Below, piece after piece: positions 44,868 through 54,095 of a stretch of DNA of 64,000 nt. The translations under genes were made by a program, and so were the position numbers. Within the stretch, counting starts at the first letter, position 1. Each line of letters begins with the position of its first letter. Origin of the DNA: Bryobacterales bacterium (GTDB taxonomy: Bacteria > Acidobacteriota > Terriglobia > Bryobacterales > Bryobacteraceae); assembly GCA_026954325.1 (NCBI GenBank), contig JAIXKK010000145.1, forward strand, positions 260-64,259, written 5' to 3'. The notes under the pieces are model-generated. The model was not told the origin of the DNA. It was given only the letters and a program-made list of their open reading frames with translations, and searched no databases.

Positions 44868-46301
44868 TTAATAGATAGTGCCGCCGGCGGTGAGAGCGGG
44901 CTGGCGGATCTCAATGCAGCCCTTGCCGGTGGGGAGTACCTTGCCGGGGTTGAGGAGGCAGGCGGGGTCGAAGAGTTTCTTGAAACCGGCGATGAGGTCG
45001 AGCGTATCCTCTGAGAACAGGCGGCTCATCAACTCCATCTTCTCCATTCCGACGCCGTGTTCTCCGGTGATGGAGCCGCCCACCTCGATGCAGTATTCGA
45101 GGATTTCCTCGCCCGCCGATTGGGCTTTCTCGAGGTCGCCGGGTTTGTGGATATCGAAGAGAATGATGGGGTGCATGTTGCCGTCGCCGGCATGGAAGAT
45201 GTTGCTGATGGTGAGGCCGTATTTTTCGCCGATGCGCTGAATTTCGCGCAGGGTGGGGGCCACTTTGGTGCGGGGCACAACGCCGTCCTGCACGTAGTAG
45301 GAAGGACTGACGCGGCCGACGGCTCCGAAGGCGTTCTTGCGGCCCTTCCAGAGCAGATCGCGCTCCTCGGCGGAGCGGGCGACGCGGAATTCGCGCGCCT
45401 TCGAATTGTGGCACACGGCGCGGATCTGCTCCAGTTGCTCCTCGACGGCTTCGGTGAGCCCTTCGAGTTCGATGAGAAGGACGGCGGCGGCGTCGAGCGG
45501 ATAGCCGGCGTGAGTGGCCTCTTCGACCATGCGCAGCATGACGCCGTCGAGCATCTCGACGGCCACGGGGGTGATGCCGCGGGCGGTGATTTCGGCCACG
45601 GTATCGGCGCAGTGATCGACGGTATCGTAGATGGCGAGACAGGTTTTCACGAGTTCGGGCTGGCGCATGAGGCGGACGATGATCTTGGTGACGAGCGCCA
45701 TGGTGCCTTCCGAGCCGACCAGGAGGCCGAGGATATCGAAGCCGGGGACATCCTGCTCCATGCCGCCGGCGGTGATTACCGTGCCGTCAGGAAGGACAGC
45801 CTCGATGCCGAGGACGTGATTGGTGGTGACGCCGTAGGCGAGAGTGTGGGGTCCGCCGGCGTTTTCGGCGACATTGCCCCCGATGGTGCAGGCGCGCTGG
45901 CTGGAGGGATCGGGGGCGTAGAAATATTTTTGGGACTGGACCGCCAGGGTGATGTCGAGGTTGACGACGCCGGGTTGGAGGACGGCGCGCTCGTTGGCGA
46001 GGTCGATTTCGAGGATGCGGTCCATGCGGGCAAAACCCACCATGACGCCGCCCGCGCGGGGAATGGCTCCTCCGCTGAGGCCGGTGCCGGCGCCCCGGCC
46101 GACGAAGGGGATGTCGTACTCGGCGGTGACTTTGACGATGGCGGCGACATCCCCGGTGGAGCGGGGGAAGACCACCATCTCGGGGCGCGCCTTGTCGACG
46201 CCGCCGTCGTATTCGTAGAGGGTCAGGTCCTCGGGCCGGTCCAGAAAACCCCGGGCGCCGACGATTTGGATGAGCTTCCGGCGGGCTTCGGGGGGAATCA
46301 T
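44868..46301 (-). CDS. glcD: FAD-linked oxidase, glycolate oxidase subunit GlcD-like
   Basis: VVFPRSTGDVAAIVK...PFVGRGAGTGLSGGA (FAD_binding_4). C-terminal HAGDGNMHP...GGSITGEHGVG...LLNPGK. Confidence 0.88.
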   Translation of the reverse strand: MIPPEARRKLIQIVGARGFLDRPEDLTLYEYDGGVDKARPEMVVFPRSTGDVAAIVKVTAEYDIPFVGRGAGTGLSGGAIPRAGGVMVGFARMDRILEIDLANERAVLQPGVVNLDITLAVQSQKYFYAPDPSSQRACTIGGNVAENAGGPHTLAYGVTTNHVLGIEAVLPDGTVITAGGMEQDVPGFDILGLLVGSEGTMALVTKIIVRLMRQPELVKTCLAIYDTVDHCADTVAEITARGITPVAVEMLDGVMLRMVEEATHAGYPLDAAAVLLIELEGLTEAVEEQLEQIRAVCHNSKAREFRVARSAEERDLLWKGRKNAFGAVGRVSPSYYVQDGVVPRTKVAPTLREIQRIGEKYGLTISNIFHAGDGNMHPIILFDIHKPGDLEKAQSAGEEILEYCIEVGGSITGEHGVGMEKMELMSRLFSEDTLDLIAGFKKLFDPACLLNPGKVLPTGKGCIEIRQPALTAGGTIY

Positions 46302-46323
46302 GTCGTCCGTATCATTTTTCGTA

Positions 46324-46845
46324 TCAGAGGAGGCTCTGAACCTGCTGGATTACCCTGTCATCCATCCAGTTTTCCGGCCCGATGAACTTCGCCACCACCT
46401 TGCCGCCGCTGTTGATGATGTAAGTTTCGGGGTATTTGAAGGTGCCGTAGCTGGAACTGACATTGGCTTCCGGGTCGCGGGCGGTGACGAAACTGATGCC
46501 GGAGCGCTTGACGAACTGCTGGTAGGTAGCGGCGTTCTTATCCACGCTGACGCCGAGCACGACGACGCCCTTGGAGCGCATCTGTTCCTGGAAGGCGTTG
46601 AGCGAAGGGAGTTCCTGAATGCAGGGCGGGCACCAGGTGGCCCAGAAGTTGAGGACCAGGAGTTTGCCGCCGAAATCCGAGCGGGTCATGGTCTTGCCGT
46701 TGTCGGCGACGATTTGGAAGTCGGGGGCATTGTCTCCGGAGACAACGATGCGCTGCTCGAGTGTGCCGCCGGCGACGGCAATGAGCGCTACCAGGAGCGC
46801 CACGATCAGCCCTTTCAAGAGGAGGTCGGCTTTGCGAGTGGACAT
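46324..46845 (-). CDS. TlpA-like periplasmic thiol:disulfide oxidoreductase
   Basis: N-terminal anchor helix. LLVLNFWATWCPPCIQELP (WCxxC) redoxin motif. Confidence 0.88.
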   Translation of the reverse strand: MSTRKADLLLKGLIVALLVALIAVAGGTLEQRIVVSGDNAPDFQIVADNGKTMTRSDFGGKLLVLNFWATWCPPCIQELPSLNAFQEQMRSKGVVVLGVSVDKNAATYQQFVKRSGISFVTARDPEANVSSSYGTFKYPETYIINSGGKVVAKFIGPENWMDDRVIQQVQSLL

Positions 46846-46908
46846 GGGAACTCAATACAATTTTAAAGTATCCCGAGGCATCGGGACAGCATCCAATCGG
46901 GTGGAACG

Positions 46909-47328
46909 ATGAAGATTACCCGCCGGGCCGAGTTCTCGGCCTCCCACAGTTGCTCGAACCCGGCATTGCCCGCCGCGGAGAACCGGGCTATTTATGGTGA
47001 AGCGGCGAACCCGCATGGGCATGGTCACAACTACCTGCTGGAAGTGACTCTGGATGGGATGCCGGATCCGGTTACGGGAATGGTGATGGATCTGAAGCGG
47101 CTGAAGGAGGTAATGGAGGAGGAAGTGATAGCCCCGATGGACCACCGGTTTCTGAATCACGAAGTGCCTCCTTTCGACCGTGTTGTTCCGACGGCGGAGA
47201 ACCTGGCAATGGAGATCTGGCGGCGTCTCGAGCCCAGGCTGCGGACTCCGAATGCGCGGTTGGACAGCGTACGGATCTATGAAACCGAGGACTTGTGGGT
47301 GGAATACCGCGGCGAGGGCGGGCGTTAG
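46909..47328 (+). CDS. 6-pyruvoyl-tetrahydropterin synthase / QueD-family protein, paralog 1 (no Cys before HGH)
   Basis: FSASH...YGEAANPHGHGHNYLLEV...DHRFLN pattern. The usual catalytic Cys position upstream of HGH is Ala. Confidence 0.85.
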   Translation: MKITRRAEFSASHSCSNPALPAAENRAIYGEAANPHGHGHNYLLEVTLDGMPDPVTGMVMDLKRLKEVMEEEVIAPMDHRFLNHEVPPFDRVVPTAENLAMEIWRRLEPRLRTPNARLDSVRIYETEDLWVEYRGEGGR

Positions 47329-47339
47329 AGAGGCGAGAT

Positions 47340-47783
47340 ATGGTTCGCGTCGGCAAACGATACCGCTTTAGCGCGTCTCACCGTCTCCACTCGCCGGCGC
47401 TTTCGGCCGGGGAAAACCGGGAGTTATACGGCAAGTGCAACAACCCGTATGGACATGGGCACGACTACCTGCTGGAAGTGGTGGTGTCCGGGGTTCCGGA
47501 CGCGGTGACGGGTCTCGTCGCGCCGTTGAGGCGCCTGGACGAGTATGTGAGGCGCGAAGTGATTTCGGAGTTCGATCACAAATACATGAACGAAGAGATC
47601 GAGGCGTTCCGGGATCTGCCGCCGACTACGGAAAATGTCGCCAGGGTGGTATGGGAGAGGCTGGCCCGGGGGTGGCGCGCGGCTTTGCCGGCGGGCGTTT
47701 CTCTCGACAGCGTGAGGATCCACGAGACGCGAAGGAACATTGTAGAGCTTGGCGGGGATATGAAGGAGGCGGTCACGGGATGA
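47340..47783 (+). CDS. 6-pyruvoyl-tetrahydropterin synthase-family protein, paralog 2 (Cys retained)
   Basis: FSASHRLHS...[18 protein letters not shown]...DHKYMN, very like the animal PTPS GKCNNPNGHGHNY motif. Confidence 0.87.
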   Translation: MVRVGKRYRFSASHRLHSPALSAGENRELYGKCNNPYGHGHDYLLEVVVSGVPDAVTGLVAPLRRLDEYVRREVISEFDHKYMNEEIEAFRDLPPTTENVARVVWERLARGWRAALPAGVSLDSVRIHETRRNIVELGGDMKEAVTG

Positions 47784-48391
47784 AGAACAAAGCGCTGGTG
47801 AAGGTGATCGAGCCGAAGAAGAAGGGGCGCTCCTTTGCGCCCCAGATCGAGCACATCCTTGCGGAACTGGGAGAGGATGTGACGCGGGAAGGGCTGATAC
47901 GGACGCCGGAGAGAGCCGACAAAGCCCTCCGTTTTCTGACGAGCGGCTACTCGATGAATCTCGACGGGATTATCAACGGGGCGCTGTTCGACGTGGAGTA
48001 TGACGAAATGGTGCTGGTGCGGGACATCGAGTTCTACAGCATGTGCGAGCACCACATGCTGCCGTTCTTCGGGAAGGTGCACGTGGCGTACCTGCCGAAG
48101 GACAAAGTAATCGGCCTGAGCAAGATACCGCGAATCGTGGACATGTATGCCCGGCGGTTGCAAGTGCAGGAGCGGCTGACGAAGGAAGTGGCGGAGGCGC
48201 TACAGGATGTATTGAAGCCGCGGGGGGTGGCCGTGGTCTGCCAGGCACGGCACTTTTGCATGATGATGCGCGGGGTGGAGAAGCAGCATTCCGGGACAAC
48301 CACCAGTGCGATGTTAGGGGCGTTTCGGACGCAGAAGGAGACGCGGGACGAGTTCCTTTCGCTGTTGTCTCACAGGATGACCGGCTTTTGA
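47780..48391 (+). CDS. folE: GTP cyclohydrolase I
   Basis: ATGA overlap with paralog 2. [42 protein letters not shown] and RLQVQERLT. Confidence 0.93.
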   Translation: MKNKALVKVIEPKKKGRSFAPQIEHILAELGEDVTREGLIRTPERADKALRFLTSGYSMNLDGIINGALFDVEYDEMVLVRDIEFYSMCEHHMLPFFGKVHVAYLPKDKVIGLSKIPRIVDMYARRLQVQERLTKEVAEALQDVLKPRGVAVVCQARHFCMMMRGVEKQHSGTTTSAMLGAFRTQKETRDEFLSLLSHRMTGF

Positions 48392-48436
48392 GGGCTGACG
48401 GGCGTGGCCGGCGTTTGAGAGCGGAGTTTCTCGCGT

Positions 48437-48465
48437 TTGACATCTCCTCGCCCCCAAATTAAACT
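48437..48465 (+). promoter_or_regulatory. sigma-70-type promoter candidate for rpmH (TTGACA-17 nt-TAAACT)
   Basis: TTGACA at 48437-48442, a 17-nt spacer, and TAAACT at 48460-48465, about 80 nt upstream of the rpmH ATG. A CCCCAAA...TTTGGGG inverted repeat straddles the -10. Confidence 0.55.
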
Positions 48466-48546
48466 ATTGTTTTTGGGGATCTCCCACAGACAGGAGCAGT
48501 GCGCCTTCGACACACTTCGATTATCGATGGCGTACAGTGCAAGTAA

Positions 48547-48720
48547 ATGCCTAAACGTACTTTTCAGCCGAACAATCGCCGCCGGGCGAAGACTCACGGA
48601 TTCCGCGCCCGCATGGCGAGCAAGGACGGGCAGCAGGTTCTGGCGCGGCGCCGCGCCAAAGGCCGCTGGAAACTTACCGTCAGTGACGAACGCGTGGTTC
48701 GCTACGCAAAGATGAAATAA
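48547..48720 (+). CDS. rpmH: 50S ribosomal protein L34
   Basis: Hand translation gives [57 protein letters not shown]. Canonical L34 core with a tail about 11 aa longer than usual. Below the ORF-track cutoff. Confidence 0.93.
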   Translation: MPKRTFQPNNRRRAKTHGFRARMASKDGQQVLARRRAKGRWKLTVSDERVVRYAKMK

Positions 48721-48770
48721 CTCTGCCTCCGAACGCGCGGCAATCGTACTCTTTCCCCAAGAAACATCGT

Positions 48771-49091
48771 TTGCTTCGTTCGAGCGAATTTCGCCGGGTT
48801 TATGATCAAGGTTCCCGCTTTTCCAGTCCGTTATTTACGGCATTTCTATGGCCGAATCCGGAGGCGGCGGGTCCCCGGGTGGGGTTCACCACTCCCAGGG
48901 CGCTCGGACGGGCCGTGCGGAGGAATCGTATGAAGCGGCGGCTGAGAGCGGCGGTGCGGCTGGAGCTTCTTCCCAGGCTGGGGCCGGGGTGGGACATCGT
49001 CATCAATCCTCGTAAAGCACTTCATGACGCGGACTGGCAGACCATCCTGCGTGAAGTGAACAGACTGGTATCGCGATGCGGGAACTCCTGA
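48771..49091 (+). CDS. rnpA: ribonuclease P protein component
   Basis: [13 protein letters not shown]...[22 protein letters not shown] (RNR motif), in the position after rpmH. Confidence 0.9.
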   Translation: MLRSSEFRRVYDQGSRFSSPLFTAFLWPNPEAAGPRVGFTTPRALGRAVRRNRMKRRLRAAVRLELLPRLGPGWDIVINPRKALHDADWQTILREVNRLVSRCGNS

Positions 49092-49285
49092 TCGCTTTGT
49101 TGCGTTTCTACAAGCGGTGGATCTCTCCTCTTCTGCCTTCCGCTTGCCGTTTTGCTCCCACCTGTTCGGAATACATGATGCAGGCAGTGGAAAAACATGG
49201 GGCTGCGCGCGGCGTCTGGTTAGGCTTGAAGCGGCTGGGTAAGTGCCATCCGTTTCATCAAGGGGGCTATGATCCCGTTCGCTAG
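49076..49285 (+). CDS. yidD: membrane protein insertion efficiency factor YidD
   Basis: [31 protein letters not shown]...[16 protein letters not shown]. Confidence 0.92.
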   Translation: MRELLIALLRFYKRWISPLLPSACRFAPTCSEYMMQAVEKHGAARGVWLGLKRLGKCHPFHQGGYDPVR

Positions 49286-49303
49286 CGTGACCGAATTAGA
49301 ATA

Positions 49304-51085
49304 ATGGCCAATTCCAGCAAAGATCCGGATCCATCGAACAAGCCATCAGCATCCAAGCAGGGCGGGCGGAAGGAACTTTCGATGGAGATGCGACTGCTCC
49401 TGACGTTCATTCTCATGGGCGCGGTGCTGTTTCTCACTCCCTACCTCATGAAGACGACGGCTCCTCCGCCGCCGGCAAAGAAAACCGAACCGGCGGACGC
49501 CCGGCAAGCGGCGCCGAAAGAGGCTTCCGGGGAGGTCAGGCAAAGCCCGCCGGCGGCGCCGTCACAACCGCCGCCCGCCGCGGCGCCGTCACAACCGCCG
49601 CCGGGCCAGGTGGTTGCCGAGCGGCAGGATGACGCCATCATCCTGGAGACCGATCTCTACCGGGTGCAGTTTTCCAATCGCGGCGCGGTGGTCCGCGGTT
49701 GGGTACTGAAGAAATACCGCGACAACGCGGGGAAGCCCGTGGAACTGGTGAACCCCGTGGGAGGAACGCAGCTTGGATTCCCGTTCTCCGTGCAGTTGAA
49801 GGGCGCGCAGGTAAGTCCCGGGCCTAATTCTGTTCTGTATGTGGCGAAACGCTCCGGCGACGGCCTTACGCTCTCGTTCGAGTACTCTGCCGGCAAGCTC
49901 TATGTGAAGAAGACGTTCGCCTTCGAGAAGAATCGTTATCGCGTCCAGTTTTCGAGTGAGATCAGCGACCAGGGACGGACCATTCCTCACCTTGTGGCGT
50001 GGCGCGGCGGTTTCGGCGATTTTTCGGTCAGCAACACCCTTTCGACGCAACACACGACTTATTTCGACACCACCGACAACAAACTGATCGTGAACGACGT
50101 GGGGAAGGCGAAGAACGGGCCATTGACGGTGAGCGGCAGGTTCAACTTCGCCGGCATCGAGGACACCTATTTCGCCGCGGTGGTGTTGCCGCCGGCGGGT
50201 TCCACCCTGGAGGTGGAAACGCTGAGCGATAAACTGCCGTTCGTGGCGGAACAGAACAAGGAAGAGCCGCATATCGGGGTGGCGCTCGGCGGGGAAGGAG
50301 TGAACCAGGCGCTGCTGTTCGTGGGGCCGAAGGACATCGATGTACTTCGCTCGCTCGATCCGAAGTTGGAGCAGATGGTGGACTTCGGGTGGTTCTGGTT
50401 CCTCGCCAAGCCCCTGTTTGCGTCTCTGAACTACGTCAACGACAAGTTCATTCACAACTACGGCTGGGCGATCGTAGTGGTCACCATTCTGATCAACATG
50501 CTGCTGATGCCGCTGAAAATTTCCAACATCAAATCGATGAAGAAGATGTCGCAACTTCAGCCGCAAATTCAGGCGATCCAGGCCAAATACAGCAACATGC
50601 CGATGCGCGATCCGCGCCGCCAGCAGCAGCAGCAGGAGACGATGGATCTGTACAAAAAGCATGGGGTTAATCCGCTGGGCGGATGTGTTCCGATGGCGCT
50701 CCAGATGCCGTTCTTCTTTGCTTTCTACAAAGTGCTCATGGTCGCCATTGAATTGCGCGGCGCGCACTGGCTGTGGGTGACCGATCTTTCCCAACCCGAG
50801 CATCTGGCGATTCGCATTTTGCCGGTGGCCACCATCGCCACGCAGTTTCTCATGCAGAGGATGACGCCGAGCACCACCGCCGACCCGCAACAGCAGCGCA
50901 TCATGCAGTTCATGCCGCTGATGTTCATCTTCATTTTCTACAGTGTGGCCAGCGGACTGGTGTTATATTGGTTGACTGGCAACCTGGTCGGCATTGCCCA
51001 GCAGTATTTCTTCAACAAGACGATGGGCGTGGGTGCTCCGGCCGCGGTTACAGTGGCGCCGCCAAAGAAAAGCGGCAAAAAATAG
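49304..51085 (+). CDS. yidC: membrane protein insertase YidC
   Basis: Large periplasmic domain followed by the conserved core GWAIVVVTILINMLLMPL...MKKMSQLQPQIQAIQAKY...NPLGGCVPMALQMPFFFAFY...YWLTGNLVGIAQQ. Confidence 0.93.
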   Translation: MANSSKDPDPSNKPSASKQGGRKELSMEMRLLLTFILMGAVLFLTPYLMKTTAPPPPAKKTEPADARQAAPKEASGEVRQSPPAAPSQPPPAAAPSQPPPGQVVAERQDDAIILETDLYRVQFSNRGAVVRGWVLKKYRDNAGKPVELVNPVGGTQLGFPFSVQLKGAQVSPGPNSVLYVAKRSGDGLTLSFEYSAGKLYVKKTFAFEKNRYRVQFSSEISDQGRTIPHLVAWRGGFGDFSVSNTLSTQHTTYFDTTDNKLIVNDVGKAKNGPLTVSGRFNFAGIEDTYFAAVVLPPAGSTLEVETLSDKLPFVAEQNKEEPHIGVALGGEGVNQALLFVGPKDIDVLRSLDPKLEQMVDFGWFWFLAKPLFASLNYVNDKFIHNYGWAIVVVTILINMLLMPLKISNIKSMKKMSQLQPQIQAIQAKYSNMPMRDPRRQQQQQETMDLYKKHGVNPLGGCVPMALQMPFFFAFYKVLMVAIELRGAHWLWVTDLSQPEHLAIRILPVATIATQFLMQRMTPSTTADPQQQRIMQFMPLMFIFIFYSVASGLVLYWLTGNLVGIAQQYFFNKTMGVGAPAAVTVAPPKKSGKK

Positions 51086-51094
51086 CCCTTTGGA

Positions 51095-51736
51095 ATGAAC
51101 GTGGCAGAGCCCTTTTATACACTTGATGAACACGGTCCCCGCATCGAGGAGTTTCTGGGAAAAATCGTCGATCTGGGCGGATTTGAACTCGATTTTGAAG
51201 TAGCGTCGGGAGAGAATCCGCATCCCGACATCGAAGATCCGGAACTGGTGGTCCGATTTTTCGGGCCGGACGTGGAACTGCTTCTGGCGAACAAAGCGGA
51301 ACTGTTGCTGGCGCTCGAGTACCTGACGATGGAAATGCTGCGGATGCCATCGGACCATCACGAAAGACTCTGCTTCGACGCCAACGATTACCGTATGCTG
51401 CGCATTGCCGAATTGCGGCTGAGCGCGACTACCGCCGCTGAAAAAGTGAAGCGCAGCAAACTCCCCTTCCGCTTCAGCCCCATGAGCAGCCGGGAGCGCC
51501 GGATTATACACCTGGCTCTGCGCAATGAGCCGGAAGTGCGAAGCGAATCCTCCGGGATGGGCCCGTTCCGCCAGGTGGTGATTTACCCCGCCGGCATGCC
51601 GGCGCCCCCGGAACCGCCGCATCAACCCTATGAACGGCGCGACCGGGACCGGGGCAGGGACCGCGATCGTAGCGGCCCGCCGCGCCGCGGTCCGGGCGGC
51701 GGCCGGGATCGTGGCCCGGGCCGGGGCCGCCGATAG
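51095..51736 (+). CDS. jag: Jag-family RNA-binding protein (KH + R3H)
   Basis: Position after yidC. R3H motif SSRERRIIHLALR. Low-complexity RDRDRGRDRDR tail. Confidence 0.85.
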   Translation: MNVAEPFYTLDEHGPRIEEFLGKIVDLGGFELDFEVASGENPHPDIEDPELVVRFFGPDVELLLANKAELLLALEYLTMEMLRMPSDHHERLCFDANDYRMLRIAELRLSATTAAEKVKRSKLPFRFSPMSSRERRIIHLALRNEPEVRSESSGMGPFRQVVIYPAGMPAPPEPPHQPYERRDRDRGRDRDRSGPPRRGPGGGRDRGPGRGRR

Positions 51737-51742
51737 TCTTGC

Positions 51743-53095
51743 TTGCGGCTTAACGACACCATCGCCGCCATTTCCACCCCCCCAGGCCGAGGCGGGATCG
51801 GGGTAGTGCGTCTATCGGGGCCCGGCGCGGCGGCAATCGCCGCGAATGTGCTGGATCTCCCGGCAACCACGGAATGGACCGGGTGGCGTAGCTTCCTCGC
51901 CGTGCTTCCCGACGAGCAGGGGGCGGCGGTGGATCACGTAGTGGTGACATTCTTCGCGAAACCACGCTCTTACACGGCTGAGGATGTGGTGGAGATCGCC
52001 TGTCACGGCTCGCCCGTGGTGTTGCGGCATTGCCTGGAGCGGGCCTGCCGGGCCGGCGCGCGTCTCGCCGAACCGGGCGAGTTCACGCTGCGCGCGTTCC
52101 TGAACGGCCGGATTGACTTGCCGCGGGCTGAAGCGGTGCGGGACCTGATCGAGGCCACCACGCTTTTTCAGGCGCGCGTGGCGGCGCGGCAGATGGAAGG
52201 CGCCGTGTCGCGGAGACTGGCTCCGTGGAAGAGCCGGTTGGTTGAATTGATCGCCCTGCTCGAGGCCGGCATCGATTTCGCGGACAACGACGTGGAGTTC
52301 GCCTCGAGCGGCGAGATTCTGAGCCGTTTGGCGCCGCTGCTGGCGGGACTCGAGAAACTCGCCGCCAGCTTCGCCTATGGGAAACTGGTGCATTCCGGAT
52401 TCACGCTCGCCATCGTGGGGCGCCCGAATGTGGGCAAGAGCAGCCTGTTCAATCGCCTGTTGGAGCAGGACCGCGCCATTGTTACGGAGATTCCGGGCAC
52501 GACGCGGGATACGGTTTCCGAATCGGCGTCTCTGTTTGGCATCCCCGTGAAGTTTCTGGATACGGCTGGAATCCGGCAGGCCCGGGACGTGGTGGAAAAT
52601 CTGGGCATCGAGCGAAGCTACCAGGCGATGGCGGACGCCGACTTGACCCTGGTGGTTCTGGATTTCTCCGCTCCTCTCACCGAAGCGGATACTGTGCTGC
52701 TGGCGAGGGCACGGGAGAGCGGGCGGGTTCTGACGGTGGCGAACAAGGGCGACCTGCCACGCCGCCTTTCCCTCGAGGAAGCCCATACCGTGGTTTCAGC
52801 GCTTACCGGAGAGGGGCTGGAGACGCTGCGGCGGAGCATTGGGGAGGCCTTGGGCCTCAGCGGCGAATTGGCGCCGGAATCGGGCTTTATTACGAGTCTG
52901 AGACATGAGCAGTTGCTTCGCGAGAGCGTGGAGGCCCTGGGCAACGCCCGCACCGCCGTGGAGTTGGGGATTCCCCACGAGATGCTGCTGCTCGATCTCT
53001 ACGCCGCGCTGCGGCCCATTGACGCCATCACGGGCGCCACTACGGCGGATGACATCCTGAACCGGATCTTTTCCACGTTCTGCATAGGGAAATGA
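51743..53095 (+). CDS. mnmE: tRNA modification GTPase MnmE
   Basis: [23 protein letters not shown]-domain [12 protein letters not shown]...DTAG...NKGD and the C-terminal CIGK. Confidence 0.94.
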   Translation: MRLNDTIAAISTPPGRGGIGVVRLSGPGAAAIAANVLDLPATTEWTGWRSFLAVLPDEQGAAVDHVVVTFFAKPRSYTAEDVVEIACHGSPVVLRHCLERACRAGARLAEPGEFTLRAFLNGRIDLPRAEAVRDLIEATTLFQARVAARQMEGAVSRRLAPWKSRLVELIALLEAGIDFADNDVEFASSGEILSRLAPLLAGLEKLAASFAYGKLVHSGFTLAIVGRPNVGKSSLFNRLLEQDRAIVTEIPGTTRDTVSESASLFGIPVKFLDTAGIRQARDVVENLGIERSYQAMADADLTLVVLDFSAPLTEADTVLLARARESGRVLTVANKGDLPRRLSLEEAHTVVSALTGEGLETLRRSIGEALGLSGELAPESGFITSLRHEQLLRESVEALGNARTAVELGIPHEMLLLDLYAALRPIDAITGATTADDILNRIFSTFCIGK

Positions 53096-53099
53096 GCGG

Positions 53100-53540
53100 T
53101 CACGGGGCGAGTTGCCTGCGCACGGAATCGAGCACGCCGTTGATGAACGGGATGGACTCCTCGCCGGCGAAGCGGCGCGCCAATTCGAGCGCTTCATCGA
53201 TCACCACGGCCGGGGGAGTGCTGCGCTCCATTATTTCGTAGACGGCCAACCGGAGGATGTTACGGTCAACCGCGGGCATCCGCTCGATGCGCCAGTTCGC
53301 GCTATGGCTGCTGATCTGCTCATCAATCCGCGCCGCGTGTCCCACCGTGCCCCGCACCAGCTCTTCCATAAAGGGATCATCCTCGCGCGGCGCATCCCCG
53401 GCGCCGGTTTCATGCTCGGACTCCCAACTATAGAGCGTTTCGTAATAGTTATCCACGGCGTCGCGAACCGGTAGTTTGCGCACGTCGAGCTGATAAAGAA
53501 TCTGTAAGGCTCGCTGCCTGGACCGGTGACGCGATGGCAT
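53100..53540 (-). CDS. nusB: transcription antitermination factor NusB
   Basis: SRQRALQILYQLDV...NWRIERMPAVDRNILRLAVYEI...AVVIDEALELARRF...FINGVLD. Confidence 0.92.
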   Translation of the reverse strand: MPSRHRSRQRALQILYQLDVRKLPVRDAVDNYYETLYSWESEHETGAGDAPREDDPFMEELVRGTVGHAARIDEQISSHSANWRIERMPAVDRNILRLAVYEIMERSTPPAVVIDEALELARRFAGEESIPFINGVLDSVRRQLAP

Positions 53541-53548
53541 TCGGTTGG

Positions 53549-54028
53549 CTACTTCATACCGCGAAGTTTTCGCATGAGGTTGGCCATCTCGATAGCGGTC
53601 ATGGCGGCATCGAACCCCTTGTTGCCGTGTTTTGCGCCCGCGCGGTCCGCGGCCTGTTCGACGGTGTTCGTGGTGAGCACGGCAAAGGCGACAGGCACTC
53701 CGGATTGCATGGCCACCTGTCCCAACCCCTTGGCGGCTTCGCCGGCGACATAGTCGAAGTGGGGGGTGTCGCCGCGAATGACTGCGCCCAGGCAGATGAT
53801 GCCGTCATAGCGGTTGGAGTTGGCCAACTCCCGCGCGGTCACCGGCATTTCCCACGAGCCGGGAACCCAAACCACGGTGATGTCATCTTCCGATGCGCCG
53901 GTCCGGCGCAGGGCATCGAGAGCGCCGGCGAGCAGGCGCTCCGTGATAATGCTGTTGAAACGCCCGGCTACGACGGCAAACCGTAGTCCTTTGGCGTCCA
54001 GATGTCCTTCAATGACGGAATGCGGCAT
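53549..54028 (-). CDS. ribH: 6,7-dimethyl-8-ribityllumazine synthase
   Basis: [21 protein letters not shown]...[11 protein letters not shown]...[21 protein letters not shown]...[10 protein letters not shown]. Confidence 0.94.
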   Translation of the reverse strand: MPHSVIEGHLDAKGLRFAVVAGRFNSIITERLLAGALDALRRTGASEDDITVVWVPGSWEMPVTARELANSNRYDGIICLGAVIRGDTPHFDYVAGEAAKGLGQVAMQSGVPVAFAVLTTNTVEQAADRAGAKHGNKGFDAAMTAIEMANLMRKLRGMK

Positions 54029-54095
54029 TCTGTTTCCGTGGGGTGTGGCTGCTCACCTATGGGATAATTGAGCTTACACCAGATCATTCTACCGC

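Noticed and set aside
48392-48546. Replication origin, expected next to rpmH.
   Set aside because: No dnaA gene is adjacent, no cluster of TTATCCACA-like boxes is present (the one TTATCCAC seen is inside nusB at about 53448), and there is no AT-rich unwinding element.
49562-49611. 27-nt-period tandem duplication in yidC (GCGGCGCCGTCACAACCGCCGCC twice, encoding PAAAPSQPP repeats). A similar case is the RDRDRGRDRDR tract at the end of jag (about 51640-51700).
   Set aside because: These are in-frame low-complexity linker expansions in non-conserved regions of otherwise canonical proteins. They most likely arose by replication slippage and have no special function.
54029-54095. FMN riboswitch upstream of ribH.
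   Set aside because: The spacer is only 67 nt and is shared with the divergent lepA start, which is too short for an RFN element. None of the conserved RFN core sequence is visible.
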